Source: an uncultured Oscillospiraceae bacterium
GTDB lineage: Bacteria > Bacillota > Clostridia > Oscillospirales > Feifaniaceae
NCBI GenBank assembly: GCA_964370145.1
Contig: CAYJIE010000001.1
Coordinates: 24,705-88,704 of the forward strand
Length of the DNA: 64,000 nt
Reading direction: 5' to 3'
A model generated the notes under the pieces. It was not told the DNA's origin. It saw only the letters and a list, made by a program, of their open reading frames with translations, and did no database searches. Every line of letters begins with the position of its first letter. The stretch's first letter is position 1. Made by a program: the position numbers and the translations under genes. Shown here piece by piece: positions 57,975 to 64,000 of the stretch.

Positions 57975-59303
57975 ATGAGTTATACAGTGCTTAAACCAAA
58001 ATTTATTGAGGATTTTTCCTGCAAAGGCGGTGCTTGCAGGAACACTTGTTGTTTTGGTTGGAGAATTGACATAAGTAAGGCGGCATATTCACATATTAAG
58101 AGCGTAAAGCTTAGTCCGGAGTTAAGCGAGAAGATTGGATGCATTGAGAGGCTAAAAGAAGATGCGACCAATGATATATACGCTAGAATTAAGCTAAATG
58201 AGCACAACAAATGTGACTTGCAAACAGAAGATGGGCTGTGTATGATACAGCTTGAATGTGGCTATAAAGCACTGCCACCCGTATGTAAGATATACCCAAG
58301 AATGCACTCGCAAGTGGGTGCGCAATATTTGAGTTCATTGCAACTTACCTGTGAAGTGACATTGGAAATGCTCGCAGAAATCAAAGAGCCTCTTGTATTT
58401 GTGGTGGAGAAAAACAAGGGGAATAATCCCAACAAAGTAAATGCGGAATTCATCGGAAATGAAGATACAAAAAAACGCCCGATACTTAAGCAGTTCCAGA
58501 AAATTCAATCACTTTGTATCGATATTTTGCAAGCGAGAATTTATGATATTGAAGATAGGCTTGTCCTGCTTGGGATTATTGTAAATCGCCTAACAGAGCT
58601 TGAAAACGAAGGGGATATGAAGGCGGTTGAAGAGTATATTGCGATGATGGAAAAAGCGATATATATGCCTGAAATTTTTGCTGACTTATTTAAGGATAAA
58701 GTGCAAAATGTGAGCTATAAGTTTAATTTTTATAAAGCGCTTTTTGATAATATTGATCCGGAACAGGCAAAAATGAGTGAACTATTGGAAAAAGTGTATA
58801 ATATTTTTGATGTGAAAATTGAGAAAAAAGTTGAAATGATGAGCAGTAAAGTTGCAATTTCGATGACGAATAGCAAGGATACGGATAAGTTAAAAAATGC
58901 GCTTAAAGGGGTTTCTGAAGTCGGCGTGAACAAAACCACCTATACATATGATGTGAAAAAGCATGAAAAAGCGAATGAGGCATTTAATAAATTCGCAAAA
59001 GAGAATCCCCATTTTATTGAGAATATTCTAGTAACTGCCTTTTTTGGAAAGCTCTATCCATTTGGGCGACATGGCAATTTGATGGCGAGTTATATATATT
59101 TTGCAAATGTATATGCGCAGTGGAAGATGCTTATGGGTGCATTGATGCTCGAAGATGACAGCTTTGTAAATATTATCGACAAAACGACAGTGTTGTTTAG
59201 GCCGATGCTTAATTCGGCAGCATATGAGCAGAGATTTTCAGAACATCTGCAAAAACTCGAGAATTTTGGGCTTGCTAATTTAGTTGCGTTAATTCGCTCG
59301 TAA
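57975..59303 (+). CDS. FliB-like protein (flagellin lysine-N-methylase family; N-terminal Cys-rich metal-binding motif)
   Basis: 442 aa. The N-terminus FIEDFSCKGGACRNTCCFGWRIDISKAAY matches the pattern F.C.G..C...CC.GW.I.I that I recall for FliB. Confidence 0.55.
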   Translation: MSYTVLKPKFIEDFSCKGGACRNTCCFGWRIDISKAAYSHIKSVKLSPELSEKIGCIERLKEDATNDIYARIKLNEHNKCDLQTEDGLCMIQLECGYKALPPVCKIYPRMHSQVGAQYLSSLQLTCEVTLEMLAEIKEPLVFVVEKNKGNNPNKVNAEFIGNEDTKKRPILKQFQKIQSLCIDILQARIYDIEDRLVLLGIIVNRLTELENEGDMKAVEEYIAMMEKAIYMPEIFADLFKDKVQNVSYKFNFYKALFDNIDPEQAKMSELLEKVYNIFDVKIEKKVEMMSSKVAISMTNSKDTDKLKNALKGVSEVGVNKTTYTYDVKKHEKANEAFNKFAKENPHFIENILVTAFFGKLYPFGRHGNLMASYIYFANVYAQWKMLMGALMLEDDSFVNIIDKTTVLFRPMLNSAAYEQRFSEHLQKLENFGLANLVALIRS

Positions 59304-59455
59304 AAATTAACAATTAATTAAATTTATAAAAAAATATATTAATTATATTAATATTGTGTTATACTATATCGTGGATTAGTAAAAATTAAAATGTAAAAAT
59401 CATTTTAGTCAAAACTTCTTGTCAAGTTTGACTGTGAAAATACGGAGTGTATAAT

Positions 59456-60763
59456 TTGAGTAAGTATAAAATTATCGGTGGAAAAGAACTTAAAGGGAAA
59501 ATTGCGGTTTCTGGGGCGAAGAATGCTGCCCTTGCGATATTGCCTGCGACATTTTTGTGTAATGGTGTGTGTAGAATTGAGAATTTACCTGAGATAAGTG
59601 ATGTTGCGACTATGCTTGAAATCATTTCAGAGACAGGCGCATCAGTAAAACATATAGAAAAAAATGTGGTGGAAATCGACACCACGACAGCGAGAAATGC
59701 GCCTACTTCATATGATAAAGTGCGTAAATTACGTGCGTCATATTATTTAATCGGAGCGCTACTCGGACGTTTTGGCAATGCACAAGTTGCGATGCCTGGC
59801 GGCTGTGATTTTGGCGTTCGCCCAATTGATCAACATATTAAGGGTTTTACTGCACTTGGAGCGCAAGTGTCAATTGAAGCAGGCGGTACGGTACGAGCAA
59901 GCGCTGAAAAGGGGCTTGTTGGTGCAGTGGTATATCTTGACGTGGTTTCAGTCGGCGCAACAATGAATATCATGCTTGCAGCGGCACTTGCTGACGGTAT
60001 GACAGTGATTGAGAATGCGGCGAGAGAACCGCATATTGTTGACCTTGCCAACTTCTTAAATACGATGGGAGCGGAAGTTTCAGGTGCAGGTACAGATGTC
60101 ATTAAAATCCGAGGTGTGAAAAACATGCACGGTGGGACATATTCAATTATTCCTGACCAAATTGAAGCAGGGACATATATGGCGATGGTTGCAGCCACCG
60201 GCGGAGAGCTTGAAATTACAGGTGTCATTCCTAAGCATCTAGAGTCAATTACAGCAAAACTTGCGGAAATGGGAGTTGATGTCATTGAAAATGACGAAAG
60301 TGTCATTGTGAAAAGAGACAGAAGCAAGGTGTTGACTAAAGCAAATGTAAAGACTTTGCCATACCCTGGATTTCCAACGGATATGCAACCTCAAATGGGT
60401 GTGCTACTCACGCTTGCAAAGGGCACTAGCATATTAAATGAGTCTGTTTGGGAAAACAGGTTTAAGTATATTGATGAACTAAAGCGAATGGGCGCAAAAG
60501 CAACTGTTGACCAAAGAATTGCGGTCTTTGAAGGTGTTGATAACCTAACAGGTGCAATTGTTAGAGCGTCAGATCTTCGCGCAGGTGCGGCAATGCTTAT
60601 TGCAGGACTGTGTGCAAAGGGTGTGACAATTGTCGAAGAGATTAAATATATCGAGCGAGGTTATGAAAATCTCATTGAGAAGCTAAGGGCAATCGGTGCG
60701 GATATCATCAAGACAAATGACGCAGACAGCGCAATTGAAAAAGAACTGAAAGAAGCTAAATAA
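59456..60763 (+). CDS. murA: UDP-N-acetylglucosamine 1-carboxyvinyltransferase
   Basis: About 435 aa. The start is TTG at 59456 or GTG at 59447. Motifs are GAKNAALAILPA, the active-site Cys loop MPGGCDFGVRPIDQH, and GFPTDMQPQ. Confidence 0.93.
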   Translation: MSKYKIIGGKELKGKIAVSGAKNAALAILPATFLCNGVCRIENLPEISDVATMLEIISETGASVKHIEKNVVEIDTTTARNAPTSYDKVRKLRASYYLIGALLGRFGNAQVAMPGGCDFGVRPIDQHIKGFTALGAQVSIEAGGTVRASAEKGLVGAVVYLDVVSVGATMNIMLAAALADGMTVIENAAREPHIVDLANFLNTMGAEVSGAGTDVIKIRGVKNMHGGTYSIIPDQIEAGTYMAMVAATGGELEITGVIPKHLESITAKLAEMGVDVIENDESVIVKRDRSKVLTKANVKTLPYPGFPTDMQPQMGVLLTLAKGTSILNESVWENRFKYIDELKRMGAKATVDQRIAVFEGVDNLTGAIVRASDLRAGAAMLIAGLCAKGVTIVEEIKYIERGYENLIEKLRAIGADIIKTNDADSAIEKELKEAK

Positions 60764-61555
60764 ATGAAAATCTGCTCAATAGTATCGGGCAGTCAAGGCA
60801 ACTGCATTTTGATACAATATAAAGAGTCCAACATATTAGTAGATGTTGGACTTTCGTTTACACGGCTTAGAAAAGAGCTTAAGGAATTACATATTGACAT
60901 AGCAAAGGTCGATGCAATTTTATTGACACATGAGCACAATGACCATGTAAAGGGAGTTAAAACCCTTGCAGAGCGATGCGCGGTGCCGATATACGGACAG
61001 GCAAGAACGCTCTCGGCGATGGTCAGACGATATAATATAATGCCTGACCGATTTACAGCTTTTGTCGGCGAGGGTGAATTTGGAATTGCAGGCCTTAAGA
61101 TAAAACCGTTTGCAGTTCCTCATGATGTGCCATGCCTTGCATTTTCCATCAGGGCAGAATCTGGGGAGAGGGCTGTGTTCATGACAGATCTCGGCTGTGT
61201 AAACGATGATATATACAGGGAAATCCGAGGCGCAAAATTTGTGTACATCGAATCAAATTATGATAATAATATGCTGGATTACGGCAGATATCCCTATCAT
61301 CTTAAGGCGAGAATTCGCTCTGAATACGGGCATCTGTCCAATATGGATTGCGCTGAAGTTGTGACAGAGCTTGCAAGGACTGGGACAAAACATTTTTTGC
61401 TCGGACATCTTAGCCAGAATAACAATAGGCCGGAAATTGCAATGATGCAGTCAATTGATGCCTTGACGAAAGCTGGGATAAAGGCAGGTGAAGTGACCCT
61501 TGATATCTCGCCCTATGACAGACGCAGCCAGATTATCGTGATTGAGGATATGTGA
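60764..61555 (+). CDS. MBL-fold metallo-hydrolase (YycJ/WalJ-like)
   Basis: 263 aa with the motif LTHEHNDH (HxHxDH). Starts 1 nt after the murA stop. Confidence 0.8.
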   Translation: MKICSIVSGSQGNCILIQYKESNILVDVGLSFTRLRKELKELHIDIAKVDAILLTHEHNDHVKGVKTLAERCAVPIYGQARTLSAMVRRYNIMPDRFTAFVGEGEFGIAGLKIKPFAVPHDVPCLAFSIRAESGERAVFMTDLGCVNDDIYREIRGAKFVYIESNYDNNMLDYGRYPYHLKARIRSEYGHLSNMDCAEVVTELARTGTKHFLLGHLSQNNNRPEIAMMQSIDALTKAGIKAGEVTLDISPYDRRSQIIVIEDM

Positions 61556-62031
61556 TGAAGATTACTTTTATTTGCGTGGGCACGCTAAAAGATGCCCATT
61601 TTCGCAGTGCATATGCAGAGTATGAAAAACGCCTATCGGCATATGCTAAGGTGACACTTTTTGAGATTGCGGAACATAAATTGCCGAAAAATCCGAGTGA
61701 TGCGGACATTGAGATGGGAATCAAAAAGGAAAGCGAGCGAATTGTTGAGAAGATACCGACAAATGCATATGTGACGGGACTGTTCATCGAGGGTGAACAA
61801 AAAAGCTCCGTGGAACTGTCAGAGCTTATTGAAAAGAAAATGGCGACACATAGCGAATTTGTATTTATAATCGGTGGCTCGCATGGGATGTCAAAAGCGG
61901 TGAGCGATGTCTGTGATTTCAAGCTATCACTGTCAAAAATGACATTTGCGCATACATTGGCAAGGGTTGTCTTAGCAGAACAGACATATCGTGCGTTATC
62001 CATTATAAACGGTTCAAAATATCATAAATAG
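61552..62031 (+). CDS. rlmH: 23S rRNA (pseudouridine1915-N3)-methyltransferase
   Basis: 159-aa SPOUT fold with FIIGGSHG and LAEQTYRA. Confidence 0.9.
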   Translation: MMKITFICVGTLKDAHFRSAYAEYEKRLSAYAKVTLFEIAEHKLPKNPSDADIEMGIKKESERIVEKIPTNAYVTGLFIEGEQKSSVELSELIEKKMATHSEFVFIIGGSHGMSKAVSDVCDFKLSLSKMTFAHTLARVVLAEQTYRALSIINGSKYHK

Positions 62032-62039
62032 AGGTGCTT

Positions 62040-63185
62040 ATGAAGAATTATCTATCAGAGTGTTACAAGAGTAAAGAGGTTGCGCAAGCTGCGGCAGTTG
62101 AGCGGTTTGCTGACACAATTGACCTGTCTGTGGGTGATTTCTCTGTGACGACAGACAAAACTATTATGGAGAAGGCATTTGCTGATGGATATGCCGGTTA
62201 CACGAAATACGGAAATCCAAGAGGAGATGAGGAACTTAGAGCGGAAATCGCAAAATTCTACAAAAGTGAGTATGATTTTGACACAACTACTGACGAAGTT
62301 TTGATTACTGCAGGCGGCTGCGTTGCGATGTATCTCTCGCTTAAAGCGATTCTAAATGAAGGTGATGAAGTGATCATTCTCGAGCCCTATTTTGGGATAT
62401 ATCCTGAACAAATCAGACTGGCTGGCGGTGTTCCAATCCCTGTAAAAACTAAGCTTGATGAAAATTTTGCTGTTGATTTTGACGCATTGAAAAATGCATT
62501 GACAGAGAAAACGAAGGCGATTATTATAAATACGCCAAGTAATCCGAGCGGTGTCTGTTTTGATAGAATAACGCTTGAAAAGCTTGCAGATTTTGCAAAA
62601 GAAGCGGACATTGTGGTCATCGCCGATGATATTTATATTGATTATAGTTTTGACAATGAATTTATAGCGATTGCGACCCTCCCTGATATGCGCAATCGTA
62701 CAATCACAATTAACAGTTTTTCGAAAAGCTATGCGATGACTGGCTTTAGAGTAGCTAATATAGTCGCTCCTAGTTATATTATAGATGTGTGCAATCAGAT
62801 CAACGGAGCCTTGGTTTACACTTCGACCGCTGTGTCGCAAAGAGCGGCGTTATATGCATTGCGTGATAGAGAGCGAGTAGTGCCAAAACTAGTTGAGGAG
62901 CATAAAGCTATTTTAGAATATGTACGACGCCGACTTAGCGAGATGAAAAATGTCAAAGTTGCATCAAGCGGCGGCACCTTCTATCTGTTTGTAGATATAA
63001 GTCAGACGGGGCTTGATGGTGCGGCGCTTTGTGATTTAGTGTACAAAGAGGCTCATGTGATTTTTATGGGCGGTAGTTGGTTTGGTGATTCATGCAAAAA
63101 TTACATAAGAATTTCATGCACAAAGTCCATGGATATAATGAAAGAGGCATTTGACAGACTTCAAAAATTAAGTATTTTTAATTAG
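62040..63185 (+). CDS. class I/II PLP-dependent aminotransferase
   Basis: 381 aa with the PLP-lysine motif SFSKSYAMTGFRV and the motif NTPSNPSG. Confidence 0.85.
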   Translation: MKNYLSECYKSKEVAQAAAVERFADTIDLSVGDFSVTTDKTIMEKAFADGYAGYTKYGNPRGDEELRAEIAKFYKSEYDFDTTTDEVLITAGGCVAMYLSLKAILNEGDEVIILEPYFGIYPEQIRLAGGVPIPVKTKLDENFAVDFDALKNALTEKTKAIIINTPSNPSGVCFDRITLEKLADFAKEADIVVIADDIYIDYSFDNEFIAIATLPDMRNRTITINSFSKSYAMTGFRVANIVAPSYIIDVCNQINGALVYTSTAVSQRAALYALRDRERVVPKLVEEHKAILEYVRRRLSEMKNVKVASSGGTFYLFVDISQTGLDGAALCDLVYKEAHVIFMGGSWFGDSCKNYIRISCTKSMDIMKEAFDRLQKLSIFN

Positions 63186-63200
63186 ACGGAGGATTTTGAA

Positions 63201-64000
63201 ATGGGTTATTTGAGTGATATTGAAATTGCGAGAGCGGCAACGCTACTGGACATTAGAAAAATTGCTGAAAAAATTGACATATCGGAGGACGAGCTTGAAT
63301 TATACGGAAAGTATAAGGCGAAGATACTGCCATCCGTATATGAGAGCCGTAAAGATAGCAAAAAAGGCAAACTAATTCTTGTGACTGCCATCAACCCAAC
63401 ACCTGCTGGCGAGGGAAAGAGCACGACGTCTGTCGGGCTTGGCGAGGGGCTGTGCAAAATCGGAAAGAATGCAATTGTTGTGTTGCGTGAGCCGTCACTG
63501 GGGCCTGTTTTTGGTGTAAAAGGCGGCGCCGCCGGCGGTGGATATGCACAGGTGGTTCCAATGGAGGACATCAATTTGCATTTCACTGGGGATTTCCATG
63601 CGATAAGCTCGGCTAACAATCTGCTTTCAGCGGCAATTGATAATCATATAACACAGGGCAATTCTCTTGATATAGACATCAGACAAATCGTGTTCAAGCG
63701 AGTGGTGGATATGAATGACCGTGCGCTAAGGGATATTGTAATCGGGCTTGGCGGCAAGACGAATGGATATCCTAGGGAAGAGGGCTTTACAATCACTGTC
63801 GCAAGTGAAATCATGGCAATCCTATGCCTTGCAGAGGGGCTTGCAGACTTGAAAGCAAGACTGTCGAAAATCATTGTTGCATATAACTCTAAAGGCGATG
63901 CGGTGAGCGCAGGTCAGCTTAATGTGGTGGGTGCTATGGCGGCACTGCTTAAAGATGCGATAAAACCAAATCTTGTACAGACAGTTGAGAATACGCCGGC
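63201..64000 (+). CDS. fhs: formate--tetrahydrofolate ligase (5' part; continues beyond the window)
   Basis: My translation: [25 protein letters not shown]...[14 protein letters not shown]...[27 protein letters not shown]. It stays open to position 64000. Confidence 0.93.
   Translation, partial: MGYLSDIEIARAATLLDIRKIAEKIDISEDELELYGKYKAKILPSVYESRKDSKKGKLILVTAINPTPAGEGKSTTSVGLGEGLCKIGKNAIVVLREPSLGPVFGVKGGAAGGGYAQVVPMEDINLHFTGDFHAISSANNLLSAAIDNHITQGNSLDIDIRQIVFKRVVDMNDRALRDIVIGLGGKTNGYPREEGFTITVASEIMAILCLAEGLADLKARLSKIIVAYNSKGDAVSAGQLNVVGAMAALLKDAIKPNLVQTVENTP

Noticed and set aside
1-64000. CRISPR arrays, IS elements or transposases, integrases, prophage genes, toxin-antitoxin pairs, and defence systems.
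   Set aside because: I scanned all ORFs of 60 aa or more and all intergenic regions and found none. The only large repeat is the in-gene tandem duplication at 10.6-12.7 kb.

Overview
This window looks like the core chromosome of a moderately AT-rich, endospore-forming Firmicute of the Clostridia type. The taxonomic call rests on spo0A, a three-gene spoVAC/AD/Eb operon, glgD and gatAB. I found no rRNA, CRISPR array, transposase, integrase or phage genes.

Gene content in order:
- 1-6.7 kb (-): a truncated phosphohexomutase, comM, a YczE-like membrane protein, a nicotinamidase-like hydrolase and secA.
- 6.9-10.3 kb (+): spoVAC-AD-AEb, desulfoferrodoxin and rluD.
- 10.3-14.1 kb (+): two paralogous exported FMN-binding proteins.
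- 14.2-22.7 kb (-): a PAS/GGDEF cyclase, a CPBP protease, gatB, gatA and an aspS with a fused GatC domain.
- 23-38.3 kb (+): a 15-kb glycogen cluster, glgB-glgP-glgC-glgD-glgA-(GH13::GH77 fusion)-pgi-pgm.
- 38.4-41 kb (+): spo0A, a 43-codon Cys-rich ORF, tRNA-Leu(UAA) and a CPA1 antiporter.
- 41.2-50.2 kb (-): a ten-gene Mrp/Mbh-like membrane cluster with four tandem NuoL/M/N-like subunits.
- 50.4-53.8 kb (+): serC-serA-DUF1015.
- 53.9-57 kb (-): a Crp/Fnr regulator with a NitT/TauT-type ABC importer.
- 57.2-64 kb (+): YycI-like, FliB-like, murA, a WalJ-like MBL hydrolase, rlmH, an aminotransferase and the start of fhs.

Most worth a second look:
1. The AspRS-GatC fusion upstream of gatAB.
2. 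The triplicated extracytoplasmic module with putative flavinylation sites. It occurs in a LysM protein and a lipoprotein, contains a near-identical 1,074-bp in-gene tandem duplication, and both genes share a palindromic upstream motif.
3. The Mrp-like locus, which has a split MrpA, four antiporter-like subunits and no redox module.

All calls come from reading translations and motifs by eye. No database search was run.
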